Source of the DNA: an uncultured virus (IMG/VR IMGVR_UViG_3300032050_000084)
Taxonomy: Duplodnaviria > Heunggongvirae > Uroviricota > Caudoviricetes
Virus record (IMG/VR): IMGVR_UViG_3300032050_000084
Reading direction: 5' to 3' (one strand)
DNA length: 64,000 nt
The position numbers and the translations under genes were made by a program. Below, one piece after another: positions 47,591 through 57,760 of this stretch (positions within the stretch are counted from its first letter, which is position 1; each line of letters starts with the position of its first letter). The notes under the pieces were generated by a model that was not told the origin of the DNA, did no database searches, and saw only the letters and a list, made by a program, of their open reading frames with translations.

Positions 47591-48381
47591 ACGGGAGAGA
47601 AATTAATGACCTTAACTATATGCAAGATCCTTTAGGAAGAGTCAGATTTTTTGGAGTGTACTCAGGTAGAGTTGTGGACGTAACTGATCCCCTTAAAAAG
47701 GGTCGCATAAAGGTTCAAGTTCCTCAAGTAACTGGAACTGAAAGCTCTGGTTGGCTTGACCAAGTAACAGGAAAAATTGCGGATGTAAATATGCCGTATG
47801 GAACTTTTACGTCTTCGTCTACCCAGACTATTACAACTTCTATAGCAGCAATTACTGGTTGGACAAAACAGAATGCTAATAAAATTACTGTGAATGGAAC
47901 ACAGATTGTCATACCTGAAACAGGAACTTATTTAATAAACTCCTTAGCTACTTTTACAAAAAACTCTTTGGGTCAAAGCAACATATCTTTATCTTTAAGA
48001 AAAAACGGGATTGCCGTAGCCAATACCACTCAAACAGTAACAGCTTTAGGATGGATCAGCGAACACACTATAACGGCGTATACTCATGTAGCCCCATCTG
48101 GTGGGGGTACAGTTACCGGTAACCATACAGATATGGTAATCAACCATAATGGAACTGCTCCAATACACCAGGTATCTCTTGCCTATACCCTGGAACTAAA
48201 AGCAAAAGATTATCTAGAGGTGGGGTGCCAAGGATCTTCTGCGGGGGCGGCTCTATCGGGCAGTGCTATTACTTCAGTAAATTTTGTAGGAAAGTTTGTA
48301 CCTAAAATTGGATCAAATGTGTGGGTTATGTTTGAGGGTGGAGATCCCGAATTTCCCGTATGGATAGGAGCTAAAGCATGA
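47587..48381 (+). CDS. Baseplate spike gp5/gpV OB-fold protein with an inserted beta domain
   Basis: GVYSGRVV...DPLKKGRIKVQVP ... VP.IG..VWVMFEGGDP.FPVWIG. Confidence 0.8.
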   Translation: MNGREINDLNYMQDPLGRVRFFGVYSGRVVDVTDPLKKGRIKVQVPQVTGTESSGWLDQVTGKIADVNMPYGTFTSSSTQTITTSIAAITGWTKQNANKITVNGTQIVIPETGTYLINSLATFTKNSLGQSNISLSLRKNGIAVANTTQTVTALGWISEHTITAYTHVAPSGGGTVTGNHTDMVINHNGTAPIHQVSLAYTLELKAKDYLEVGCQGSSAGAALSGSAITSVNFVGKFVPKIGSNVWVMFEGGDPEFPVWIGAKA

Positions 48382-48773
48382 GAGCAATAAATTACCCGTT
48401 TACCCTAGACCTTTTTGGAAAACTAGAGGCGGTAACCACCGAGTCTAAAATTTATATGGATAGGATGCTGACACTACTATCCACCCCCAAAGGTCAACGA
48501 CCATGGAATCCGGACTACGGCACAGACATAGCTAGCGCTTTGTTTGAAAACGATAATGACTTTTATACGGCTGCTAAGGTAGCCATTACCGAGGCTATGG
48601 ATCGGTGGCTTCCAGAACTTCGTATTACTAGCCTAGTCCTAGATGAAATTAGTTCTGAAGGCTATGCGAATATAACCATCGTAGCGGCACTTCCAAACGA
48701 TAGACTTACCTCTGTTACCATAAGTAGCGCAGTATTTGGCGCTAATGGACTCATAGAAAGCGCGGCTCAGTAA
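48378..48773 (+). CDS. Baseplate wedge protein (gp25/gpW-like)
   Basis: LLSTPKGQR...PDYG.....LFE...I..A..RWLP. Confidence 0.88.
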   Translation: MRAINYPFTLDLFGKLEAVTTESKIYMDRMLTLLSTPKGQRPWNPDYGTDIASALFENDNDFYTAAKVAITEAMDRWLPELRITSLVLDEISSEGYANITIVAALPNDRLTSVTISSAVFGANGLIESAAQ

Positions 48774-50305
48774 TGCAAATAGATTACACCTCTAGAGACT
48801 ATGAGGCTTTGCGTGCTGATTTAGTTCGTTTAATAAACCAACGAACTAACTTTAACTGGGATGCTGAGGATGAGTCAGATTTTGGGGCAGTCCTTCTTGA
48901 CGCCTTTGCTTATATGGGCGACATCATGTCTTATTACCTAGACCGAGTAGCAAACGAAACTGGGGTTGATACGGCAGTAAAGACGGAGACCCTCCTTAAA
49001 TTTGCAGAACTTTACGGCTATAAACCCTCAGGACCTACCCCCGCAGAACTATTAGTTACTTTTTTAAATAATGGAGATGTTAACGTAACCCTACCTGCTG
49101 GTACTCAAGTAATGGCCCCACTAACTACAGGTAACTATAGCGAAGTGTATTTTGAAACAGTTGAGGCAATAATTGCGTTGCAACCTGGACAAAGCATCTC
49201 AGTATTAACACGAGAAGGAAAAACAGTTAACACAGATCGTCCAGATTTAATTAGCCCAACTACATATAAGCCCCTTCCTGTAAGCGTAGGAACATCCGAT
49301 GGATCCTCCGCTCAGGAGTTTGATCTATTTGACACCGGAATTGTAGACAATAGCTTAGTTGTGTACGTAGGACAAGGAACCGCTTTTACGCCGTGGACAT
49401 ACGTAGAGTCTCTTGCAGATTCTAGTCCACGAGATTTGGTGTTTACTACAAGGTTAAATGCAGACGGTACTACCACGGTAATATTTGGAGATGGCGTCAA
49501 TGGATTAATTCCTCAGGCAAACCAATTAATCAGTGCACTTTATAAAGTAAGCATCGGCATAGCTGGAAATATATTTGCTGATAAGATAGAAGAAGTTACC
49601 TTTATTCCTGGCAATGGAGATCCTGAAGTTCTTTCTTTAATTGGAGTAAGTAACGGATCTGCCGCTGTCGGTGGAGCAGATGCTGATTCTGGGCCACAGC
49701 TTAGAAAAAAAATTAAGGGCGCAATTATATCTAAAAAACGAGCAATTACTTTAGCTGACTTTGAGTACCTAGCAAATACAGTGGCGCAGGTAGGTCGTAC
49801 AAAAGCTATTGGTGCGGTATATACAAACATCACCCTATATATGCAACCACAAGACGACGGAACTGTTACTCCAGGTATTGTGAACTCTGTTGCTACAAAT
49901 TCATGGACAGAAATAAAAAATAGAGTAGAAAACTACTTAGACGATAAAATTCCTGTGGGAACTACAGTAACCGTACAGGCCCCAACATATGTTCCCGTAT
50001 ACTTAACCTTAGCAGTAACAATAAGCAATTCCTATAAACAATCCGCTGTAAAGCTGAACATATCAAAAGCTCTTTTAAATGCTGGAGGTCTGTTCTCCTA
50101 TGAGAATAGTGAATTTGGTAAAACAATAACTATGTCTTCTGTAATCTCTACCGTGGCCCTAATTCCAGGTGTAGAAGACGTAACCTTGGTCAAGTTCAAT
50201 ACAACTAACGCGGCATCTGTCGGTACAATCTCATTAAGTGCAGGACAACTTGGATACCTTCTGCCTACTAACCTTGTATTCAACCTAACCGGTGGAATAG
50301 CCTAG
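48773..50305 (+). CDS. Baseplate J/gp6-like wedge protein
   Basis: IDYTSRDY, AYMGD..SYYLD, FGDGVNG..P, AVGGAD, RAITL.DFE, IPGV. Confidence 0.9.
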   Translation: MQIDYTSRDYEALRADLVRLINQRTNFNWDAEDESDFGAVLLDAFAYMGDIMSYYLDRVANETGVDTAVKTETLLKFAELYGYKPSGPTPAELLVTFLNNGDVNVTLPAGTQVMAPLTTGNYSEVYFETVEAIIALQPGQSISVLTREGKTVNTDRPDLISPTTYKPLPVSVGTSDGSSAQEFDLFDTGIVDNSLVVYVGQGTAFTPWTYVESLADSSPRDLVFTTRLNADGTTTVIFGDGVNGLIPQANQLISALYKVSIGIAGNIFADKIEEVTFIPGNGDPEVLSLIGVSNGSAAVGGADADSGPQLRKKIKGAIISKKRAITLADFEYLANTVAQVGRTKAIGAVYTNITLYMQPQDDGTVTPGIVNSVATNSWTEIKNRVENYLDDKIPVGTTVTVQAPTYVPVYLTLAVTISNSYKQSAVKLNISKALLNAGGLFSYENSEFGKTITMSSVISTVALIPGVEDVTLVKFNTTNAASVGTISLSAGQLGYLLPTNLVFNLTGGIA

Positions 50306-50318
50306 AAAAGGAAAAATA

Positions 50319-50861
50319 ATGCCAGCCTCATTTCCCACGTCGGTAAGAAGCTTTACTACAAAAGTAGATCTTCAAGATACCATTCTTGCTGATCACATTA
50401 ACTCGCTACAAGATGAAGTACGTGCCATTGAAATTGCTCTTAATGGAACAGTTGATGCTACTAATGGTTTATTAACTTCAAACTATACAGGAACGTTTGC
50501 CTCTACATCTTCTTGGAATTCTTTGGATGAGCGCATATCAAATATTGAACGTGGCTTGGTAAATGGCGTTCCTACTTCCCCATATTTGCTTAAGGCTGGG
50601 GATAACATGACTGTAGCTAACGTTGTTGCGTTAACTTTAAAAAATAGCTCAGCCACGGTAACAAGCAACTTATTTGAAGCATATAACTCTACCAATACTC
50701 TTGGGTTTAATCTAAACGGAAATGCTCAACCTAAGGTTGGAACAGCAAATGTTTTATACGTGGGTAGCTCTGAATACAACACGTTAAACACTACCGCTAA
50801 CGAAGCATATGCAACAGCCCAAGCAGTTAGGTTTGACCCTTTCCTTCTAGCCGGAATGTAA
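50319..50861 (+). CDS. Baseplate-associated fibre/hypothetical protein
   Basis: A.HINSLQDEV.AIE motif; position. Confidence 0.6.
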   Translation: MPASFPTSVRSFTTKVDLQDTILADHINSLQDEVRAIEIALNGTVDATNGLLTSNYTGTFASTSSWNSLDERISNIERGLVNGVPTSPYLLKAGDNMTVANVVALTLKNSSATVTSNLFEAYNSTNTLGFNLNGNAQPKVGTANVLYVGSSEYNTLNTTANEAYATAQAVRFDPFLLAGM

Positions 50862-50865
50862 CTAA

Positions 50866-53508
50866 ATGGGTCGTTATTCGTTTGTTGTATACGGACAGGC
50901 TGGACTTAAATATGGCCAGATAGAAAACAATCGTGCGTACTATAACGGAAATCTTAGGGCTATTCCACTTACGTATGGTGCAGTTTATCTATATTGGAGC
51001 TCTGTATTAACAGACCCAGAAAAAGAATTAAGTCCGGGAGTAGCTGCAACAGTTACGCACTGGAGAATAAACAGAAATTTTAGCGGTGCGGCTGATGATC
51101 CTTATGATGGGACAATTGTCGATAGTGGAACCATTTCAAATTATAGGACTACCGCTATAGATGGACCTTTGGATGGAGGAAGACAGGTAACCTATTCTCT
51201 TTGGATATTCGACGGCGATGATTGGATTAACTGCGGAAACACCTCAACTGTAATTGTAGATGAGTCAGTAACCCCTACTTTAGTAAAAATAGAAAAGTGG
51301 TTGCCAGCTGCCTGGCTAAATATAGAAGGAGACGAAATAGGTGAGCCTGATGACACCTATTTAAATGACGTTCTTTCTGGGTATGCTTTTGCGTACGATA
51401 AGTTAAGAACCGAAGCTAAGGTACTAGAGTTATCAATGGACTATAAGTACACCCCCGTTGAACTATTACAATCTAAAATAGAAGAACGTGGGTTTAGTTA
51501 TGAACCTGTTTTGGGAGACATTTACCACAGAAGCGTGTACCGAGTTAGTGAAAAAGTAAATGCAACTAAAGGAAGCACACAGTCTATACAGTCTTATGTA
51601 ACCGCTCTTACTCACTGGGTTCCAGAAATAGAAGTTGGTAAAAATCTTCTTTTAAATTATAATGATTCTTCTTTTGAAGAGTCAATTGGAAATTGGGTAA
51701 CCTCTGTAGGTAATTTTGCGCAGGTAAAGTACTCTGATTCTTTTGCCACAGTTGGTATAGCTATAGGTCCACCTAGCCCAGAACTGTTTTACAATCCTGG
51801 GTTTAATCCTAGATCTATAGGGTTTGGTTGGATTCATGGACACAACACTTCTCCAGTTCTTAATTTACCTTCAACCTCTGCAGATAAAGTTTTATACGGG
51901 GTGCCTGTAAAACCTGCAACTAGATATAGATTTACTGGTTGGTTAAGAATAAAAGACTCTAGTAAAACCGGATCAGTTGCTGCAAAGATCAATTGGTATG
52001 ACAGAGCAGGTACTTTGATATCTTCAACAGCAAATAATACAGCGCTAACTGGTACAACTACTTGGCAAGAATTTGCATCAAAATCGGACTCTGGAGTAAA
52101 TGGCCAACTGTCACCGGATAACGCGGCGTATGCATCTATAGCCCTTACCTTTACAAATAACAACAATCAAGTTGAATACTTTATAGACATGTTGCAGCTT
52201 GCAGTTGCTGATGGAACCACTACGTTTGAAGATGCAAGAAAAGTTCTTATATACGCAGCTGGAGATAAAACTAATCTTATTCACAACCCGTCTTTTGAAA
52301 ATAATACAAATTTTTGGACACCGCACGACGGCACTTTGACTAGGGTAACCACGCCAGCTTACGCAATCCATAGGGGTTCTTATGCTGCACAGTTTGTTGC
52401 TTCAACTACAGATAGGGCTGGAATAGTAAGTGATTGGATGCCGGTAAGAGCCGGACAAGCATATACATTTACTGCTTATGTTAGTGCTCAGTCCTCAAAA
52501 GAAATTACAGCTCGTCTTGAATTTTCTTCATTACAGTCTGCTGAAGATCAGTCTCAAATTCTTTCTGATGAGGACGGGGACTATTACCCTACAGGCTCTT
52601 ATTACGTAGAGGCTATAGAAGAAGAAGTATCAACTTCTGCTACTAGAGTACAGGTAACTGCTATAGCCCCTACCTATGTAATAGACGCGGGAGCGCCGTC
52701 AGCAAAAGTTTCTTTATTTTTAACTAATCCAGAAGTTGGAGATATTTTTTATGTAGACGGAGTACAACTAGAACGTAGTGGAGTAGAGTCTACATACTTT
52801 GATGGAGATGGCGCAAATATTCCGGCTGATCCTATCAATGAAGAAGTTATAGAAACAAGCGATTGTAAGTGGGAAAATGACTCCACATCCTCTGGTCGTA
52901 GTTATCGCTGGACTAATTATGCAGCTAAAGCTGCAAGATTAGTAGACACTATTAGTTTAGTTCTTCCTTATGCTGCAAGCTGGGAACTAAGACCAGGATT
53001 ACCCACCCCTAAATTTCCAGAATTAACACCATCAATTTTACAGTCTCCTTCTTTTGAATCCTCTACTGATGGGTGGAATACTGATTCCTCACTTTTAACT
53101 AGAGCAGTATTTAGAGGAACGCTATTTGACGAGTACTCCACAAATGGAGTTGCTTTTGGAAAAGTTACGTCTACTGCGGCAACTACTTTTGGAATACATA
53201 GTGACATAGAACTAATAGATACCCTTTCGGGGTATTACGCATCTGTAGCCATTAAACCTGAAAACGCGGATGCTTTTGGAAACTACACATTAAAAGCTAG
53301 GTTTTATGATGAGTCAAATGTTGTTTTACAAACTAAAGTTAAAACAGTACGTATACAGGCACTAAATCGTTGGGCGTATATTTCCGTGTACGCTCCAAAA
53401 GCTGAAATTTATGGGGCGTCTAAAGCTGACATTAAAATTGAATGTACTCCAGATCTTCCTGCCCCAGGTATAGTATTCGACGTGGATAGGGTAATATTCC
53501 GTCAATAG
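50866..53508 (+). CDS. Baseplate wedge/tail protein with CBM-like repeats
   Basis: KGS motif; three NLL.N.SFE....W carbohydrate-binding-module-like repeats. Confidence 0.65.
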   Translation: MGRYSFVVYGQAGLKYGQIENNRAYYNGNLRAIPLTYGAVYLYWSSVLTDPEKELSPGVAATVTHWRINRNFSGAADDPYDGTIVDSGTISNYRTTAIDGPLDGGRQVTYSLWIFDGDDWINCGNTSTVIVDESVTPTLVKIEKWLPAAWLNIEGDEIGEPDDTYLNDVLSGYAFAYDKLRTEAKVLELSMDYKYTPVELLQSKIEERGFSYEPVLGDIYHRSVYRVSEKVNATKGSTQSIQSYVTALTHWVPEIEVGKNLLLNYNDSSFEESIGNWVTSVGNFAQVKYSDSFATVGIAIGPPSPELFYNPGFNPRSIGFGWIHGHNTSPVLNLPSTSADKVLYGVPVKPATRYRFTGWLRIKDSSKTGSVAAKINWYDRAGTLISSTANNTALTGTTTWQEFASKSDSGVNGQLSPDNAAYASIALTFTNNNNQVEYFIDMLQLAVADGTTTFEDARKVLIYAAGDKTNLIHNPSFENNTNFWTPHDGTLTRVTTPAYAIHRGSYAAQFVASTTDRAGIVSDWMPVRAGQAYTFTAYVSAQSSKEITARLEFSSLQSAEDQSQILSDEDGDYYPTGSYYVEAIEEEVSTSATRVQVTAIAPTYVIDAGAPSAKVSLFLTNPEVGDIFYVDGVQLERSGVESTYFDGDGANIPADPINEEVIETSDCKWENDSTSSGRSYRWTNYAAKAARLVDTISLVLPYAASWELRPGLPTPKFPELTPSILQSPSFESSTDGWNTDSSLLTRAVFRGTLFDEYSTNGVAFGKVTSTAATTFGIHSDIELIDTLSGYYASVAIKPENADAFGNYTLKARFYDESNVVLQTKVKTVRIQALNRWAYISVYAPKAEIYGASKADIKIECTPDLPAPGIVFDVDRVIFRQ

Positions 53509-53516
53509 GAGGCGCC

Positions 53517-53777
53517 ATGGAAACAGTCTTTATAGCCGCTTTGGCTTCTGCCTGTTTGCTGTCTGCCATAGAAGGTTTAATACGTCCAATAGGCAAATGG
53601 CGCGGTCTAGTGGCTCTTATAGCCTCTATAGGAGCAGCCCTAGTCCTGGATACTAAGATCCTTTATTTGCCCGTCTATGGGCTTGCAGCGGCCTTTTTAG
53701 CCCTAGTCTTTACCCTCTTGGTAGACGAGTGGAGCGCCCCAGCCCCCAAGTTGCCACCAAGGGTCCCACCACGCTAG
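53517..53777 (+). CDS. Small membrane protein (possible holin)
   Basis: AGGAGG SD; about three hydrophobic segments in 86 aa. Confidence 0.55.
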   Translation: METVFIAALASACLLSAIEGLIRPIGKWRGLVALIASIGAALVLDTKILYLPVYGLAAAFLALVFTLLVDEWSAPAPKLPPRVPPR

Positions 53778-53800
53778 AGTCCTCCTTTGAAGGAGGGCTT

Positions 53801-54748
53801 ATGAAATCACCCGCATCAGATCCGCGGTTATCAAAACGAGCCGTGGGATTTTTTTATTTCTATTTAGAAATCGGTAGAGTCATATCTGCTGAGGAAGCTG
53901 TGGATCGCCCGGATGTTAATGAGGGACGAGACGCAATACGTAGCGCTATGAAAGAACTTGAATTAGCTGGTTATATCAAAATGGAACAGCATCGAGTAAA
54001 AGGTCAATTCCGCACCTATTGGAAGTTTGCTGAAGAAGACCTTAATATGCCTTATGTAAAGAAAACCAGTGACGGGTTTTCCGTCAGCGGTTTTTCAGGC
54101 AGTCTATACATTAATAGTGGGACAGTCGCTAGTACTAATACTAGCGATAAGTCACTTAGCTTAAAGAGAGATAAAGTACTACGTACTTTATCTCTAGGTC
54201 CTGACGGACGGGAAGGAGAAGATATGGGTTGGCCTTTTGAAGAAGAAGATTCAACATCGCCAAAGAAGAAAGTCGCCAAGGAGATGGACGCAACACCAGG
54301 CGCCGTAGGAAAAATTGAAGACCGTCAAGCACGACTAAACGCAAAGTACAAGCGCACAAAGTTTGAGGCAGTCCCTAAACACATGCGCCGTAACGAACGT
54401 GTTGAAGAGGACTGGGATGTTAACGACATCATCGCAGAGTTTTATGACTTGCTTCGTGAAAATGTTCCCGGAGTTCCCGGGCAGATTAATCGTGATCATC
54501 TACGCAACTGGATGTTACGCATGTTTGGAGAAGGATCTACAAATGTGGGAATGCTAAAAGCAGTTCGCATGTTCTTTAAAGATCCACGATTAATTCGTGA
54601 TGCTGGAATCGGTGAGCCATTGTGGCGTCGGTTTGTGGCATACTACGGAACTGTTCATGGAATTGTGCACCGCGATCAGCAACCTGAGGGCGATGCAGAA
54701 GCTATGAAACAACATCAGGAAAAGATGTTGAAACTACTGGAGGGGTAA
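53801..54748 (+). CDS. Putative replication initiator (HTH N-terminus)
   Basis: DPRLS..A.G...EGRDAIRSAMKELELAGYI; upstream of a DnaC-like loader; SD at 53791. Confidence 0.65.
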   Translation: MKSPASDPRLSKRAVGFFYFYLEIGRVISAEEAVDRPDVNEGRDAIRSAMKELELAGYIKMEQHRVKGQFRTYWKFAEEDLNMPYVKKTSDGFSVSGFSGSLYINSGTVASTNTSDKSLSLKRDKVLRTLSLGPDGREGEDMGWPFEEEDSTSPKKKVAKEMDATPGAVGKIEDRQARLNAKYKRTKFEAVPKHMRRNERVEEDWDVNDIIAEFYDLLRENVPGVPGQINRDHLRNWMLRMFGEGSTNVGMLKAVRMFFKDPRLIRDAGIGEPLWRRFVAYYGTVHGIVHRDQQPEGDAEAMKQHQEKMLKLLEG

Positions 54749-55425
54749 TGTATTCACTAGAGGGCTTACCAGGAAGTAAGAGAGCACAAATTAATAATGC
54801 TAACTTTCCTGCAAAAACTATTGGCATGCGTTTAGAGGATTTAGATCATTTACCAAATCAAATTCCAATGTGGCTTGGTTTAGTAAAGAAACAACTTGTA
54901 GTTCGTTCGTTTGGGGAAAAGACTTGTGGTCTTGGGTTGCTACTCCAGGGCAGCCCGGGCCACGGTAAAACAACGATGGCATCTGCTGTAGCACAGGAGC
55001 TCATACTGACAGCAGAGTCTTCTGTCTGGGGAAACTCAACTAGCTTTGTAAGAAGACCAGTTATGTTTCTTGATTACCCAAAGCTATTAAGATTACAAAA
55101 AATGAGTTGGTCTGAAGATGACGACTCTATTGAATTGCTTATCAAAGGCTTATATGGAGAGGCGGGCAAAGAAAACGATGTTTGTCTGCTCATACTAGAT
55201 GACTTAGGAAAAGAATATAGGACCGCTTCAGGGTGGGCAGAAAATACTTTTGATGCTTTACTTAGGGCACGGTTTAACGCCGGTTTGCCAACGATAGTCA
55301 CAACCAACTATTCTTTGGATAAGTGGGATGACATGTATGGTGAGTCGATGGGAAGTTTTGGCCACGAAGCTTTTGTTCCTATTGACGTAGTATCAGAGAA
55401 GGGAGATAGAAGACGATGGGCTTGA
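54748..55425 (+). CDS. DnaC/IstB-like ATPase (helicase loader)
   Basis: GLLLQGSPGHGKT, LLILDDLGKE, R.NAGLPTIVTTN. Confidence 0.88.
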   Translation: MYSLEGLPGSKRAQINNANFPAKTIGMRLEDLDHLPNQIPMWLGLVKKQLVVRSFGEKTCGLGLLLQGSPGHGKTTMASAVAQELILTAESSVWGNSTSFVRRPVMFLDYPKLLRLQKMSWSEDDDSIELLIKGLYGEAGKENDVCLLILDDLGKEYRTASGWAENTFDALLRARFNAGLPTIVTTNYSLDKWDDMYGESMGSFGHEAFVPIDVVSEKGDRRRWA

Positions 55426-55712
55426 AAATGAATGACTGGCAAGTGTTACAGATCTTTCTGTCAGAGACGGGCGTGCACGAAGTAGAACTAAACTCTGACG
55501 GTAAGACTTTACGCTGTAATTGTCCTGGTTCTGAGAGAAGAGCTCAATGCAAACATATGCGGTTTGTTAGAGTTAAGATGAACAGGAATGGTGGAATTTA
55601 TCCTTGCGATCTTTCTACTCGTGCGTCTAAGCTAGACGCTATTGCCGCAAGTCAAGATCCAAAAGTATTTAGACAACTTCTAATTGATTACGGAAAAATT
55701 GAGGTAGTCTAA
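55416..55712 (+). CDS. SWIM zinc-finger protein
   Basis: CNCP......CKH. Confidence 0.7.
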   Translation: MGLKMNDWQVLQIFLSETGVHEVELNSDGKTLRCNCPGSERRAQCKHMRFVRVKMNRNGGIYPCDLSTRASKLDAIAASQDPKVFRQLLIDYGKIEVV

Positions 55713-55713
55713 C

Positions 55714-56121
55714 TTGAAGGGGGGCGATATCTCTAACGGGATTCCTTTGAGAGTAGTGGTAACTTTAGATTGCATTATTGATCGAAAGCCCACTTTCAAA
55801 CGGGTCCTAGGTGTCCCTGTAGTAGGGGAAGAAGTTTCTTACAATAGACAGGCGCTGTCTTTATTCTGGCGCTTTGCTGACAAATATGGTTATTCCATGG
55901 AGCTTGTAGGCTTTGACATGTCTACCAAAGAAATGCAGCAAGTCCAGGAAGATTTAGACAATTTGGGTACTAACCCTTTTAACTATTATCTTAGATATAA
56001 CGTAGTAGCCGATCTTGTGGCTGAGCTGCCTTACCGCCCTGAACTTGTCGGAGTTGTGGATATACCATCTCGTGCTCTACGATATGGCAGCAAGTTTATA
56101 GACCTGGGGGGGAAGATCTAA
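55714..56121 (+). CDS. Hypothetical protein (HAD-like?)
   Basis: GAGGT SD + TTG; 135 aa; coupled to dnaB. Confidence 0.6.
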   Translation: MKGGDISNGIPLRVVVTLDCIIDRKPTFKRVLGVPVVGEEVSYNRQALSLFWRFADKYGYSMELVGFDMSTKEMQQVQEDLDNLGTNPFNYYLRYNVVADLVAELPYRPELVGVVDIPSRALRYGSKFIDLGGKI

Positions 56122-57362
56122 TGGCAGCTGATAATGAACTTCGTCTTCTGTCTAGAGCAATTAGAACACGGGATATATCTCCACTTCTTGAGGCTGGTGT
56201 AAAAGGTGACTGGTTCTTTGTAGAAGACAATAGATCAGTATGGAATTTCGTAGTAAATCATTGGACTAAATATCAAGAAGTTCCTACAGCTGTGACTGTA
56301 AAAGATAACTTTCCTACATATAACTTACTTGCTGTAGATGATTCACTGGATTATTTATTAGATCAATTAATTGAATATCGTAAACGTCAAAAAACTATTG
56401 ATGTAGTACAGGCTGCAGCAGAAGCAATTCAAGGCGGAGATCATGATGCAGCTATCGCTGCTATGAGTGTTGGCGTTGCCAAGATTGCAGACGAAGGCAT
56501 AAAAGATTCTGGTGATATCGATCTTACGGACAATGCATCACAGCGTTTTGATGAGTATCTATCTATCAAGACTAGACCAAACGGTTTGCTTGGTATGGCT
56601 ACCGGGTTTCCTACAATCGACAAGGCTACTGCCGGATTACAGCCAGGCCAGTTAGTAACAATTATTGCTCCACCAAAGACAGGTAAGTCTGTCCTTGCAA
56701 TGCAAATTGCAGTTAACGTCCACGAAGATGGTTTCGTACCCATGTTCCAATCATTTGAGATGACTAACATTGAGCAACAACATCGTCACGACGCAATGCG
56801 TGCCAAGATTGCACATTCTCGCTTGATTCGTGGATCCTTAAATCAACAAGAAGAAGCTCGATATAGAGCAGCACTTTCAAAGATGGAAAGTATGCACAAC
56901 TTCTATCTAACTGACGCAGTACCTTCAATGACGGTTACGGGTCTTGCTGCCAAGATTGATAAGCTTCGTCCCAATATAGTATTTGTAGACGGTGTTTACC
57001 TTATGTTAGATGAAATCACGGGGGAGATTAACACACCTCAATCTATTACAAATGTCACCCGTAACTTAAAGAAATTAGCAATGTCCAAAGAACTTCCAAT
57101 GGTTATCTCTACCCAGGTTCTTCTTTGGAAGATGAAGAAGCGCCAAGTTTCGGCGGACGCCATTGGATATTCATCTTCGTTCTACCAGGACTCAGATGTA
57201 ATCCTTGGTCTACAAAAGCAAGATGAGAATGACGATACATCTAGAGAGTTAAAAATTGTTGCAAGTCGCAACTGCGGGCCAGCATCCACTGACCTGTTAT
57301 GGGATTGGGAAGAAGGGAAGTTTGAAGAGTATGGATCTCTATTTGGAAACACATCCATTTAA
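56121..57362 (+). CDS. dnaB: Replicative DnaB-like helicase
   Basis: TGF..ID..T.GLQPGQL, APPKTGKS, SFEM, VFVDG.YLM, QDSD. Confidence 0.92.
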   Translation: MAADNELRLLSRAIRTRDISPLLEAGVKGDWFFVEDNRSVWNFVVNHWTKYQEVPTAVTVKDNFPTYNLLAVDDSLDYLLDQLIEYRKRQKTIDVVQAAAEAIQGGDHDAAIAAMSVGVAKIADEGIKDSGDIDLTDNASQRFDEYLSIKTRPNGLLGMATGFPTIDKATAGLQPGQLVTIIAPPKTGKSVLAMQIAVNVHEDGFVPMFQSFEMTNIEQQHRHDAMRAKIAHSRLIRGSLNQQEEARYRAALSKMESMHNFYLTDAVPSMTVTGLAAKIDKLRPNIVFVDGVYLMLDEITGEINTPQSITNVTRNLKKLAMSKELPMVISTQVLLWKMKKRQVSADAIGYSSSFYQDSDVILGLQKQDENDDTSRELKIVASRNCGPASTDLLWDWEEGKFEEYGSLFGNTSI

Positions 57363-57588
57363 CGGCAAACAAAGCTGTAAAGACGCAGACCCTGAACTAT
57401 TTTTTCCAGATGACGAGGGGATGTACGCAGACTTAGATAAAGCTAAGAGCATCTGCAAAGACTGTCCGCTCACCCTTGATTGCCTTGCATACGCAGTACG
57501 CCACCCAGAGTTAGAAGGTGTGTGGGGTGGCACAACATCTAAGGATCGCAAATACCTACGTCGAAGGAGGGTACGTGTCACCACTTGA
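57331..57588 (+). CDS. whiB: WhiB-family Fe-S transcription factor
   Basis: C...DPELFFP...AK.IC..CP....CL..A......GVWGGT...R. Confidence 0.92.
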   Translation: MDLYLETHPFNGKQSCKDADPELFFPDDEGMYADLDKAKSICKDCPLTLDCLAYAVRHPELEGVWGGTTSKDRKYLRRRRVRVTT

Positions 57589-57760
57589 TTTAAGAGATAA
57601 AGACAACCCTATACACGTATGTATTTGCGGATCAACTTTATGGAACCTAAAAGTCATGTTCGATGACTATGAGATATCGTTCTACTTCTTAGAAATGGAG
57701 TGTGCGGAGTGCGGAGCATTAGCTACAGCGCCTACGCCAATTGATCGTGTGGAGATTTAA
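57575..57760 (+). CDS. Small Zn-binding protein
   Basis: AAGGAGG SD + GTG; HVCICGS...ECAECG...APTP.D. Confidence 0.65.
   Translation: MSPLDLRDKDNPIHVCICGSTLWNLKVMFDDYEISFYFLEMECAECGALATAPTPIDRVEI

Noticed and set aside
37076..53508. Bacterial extracellular contractile injection system or tailocin
   Set aside because: It is contiguous with terminase, portal, capsid and replication genes, so it is a true phage tail.
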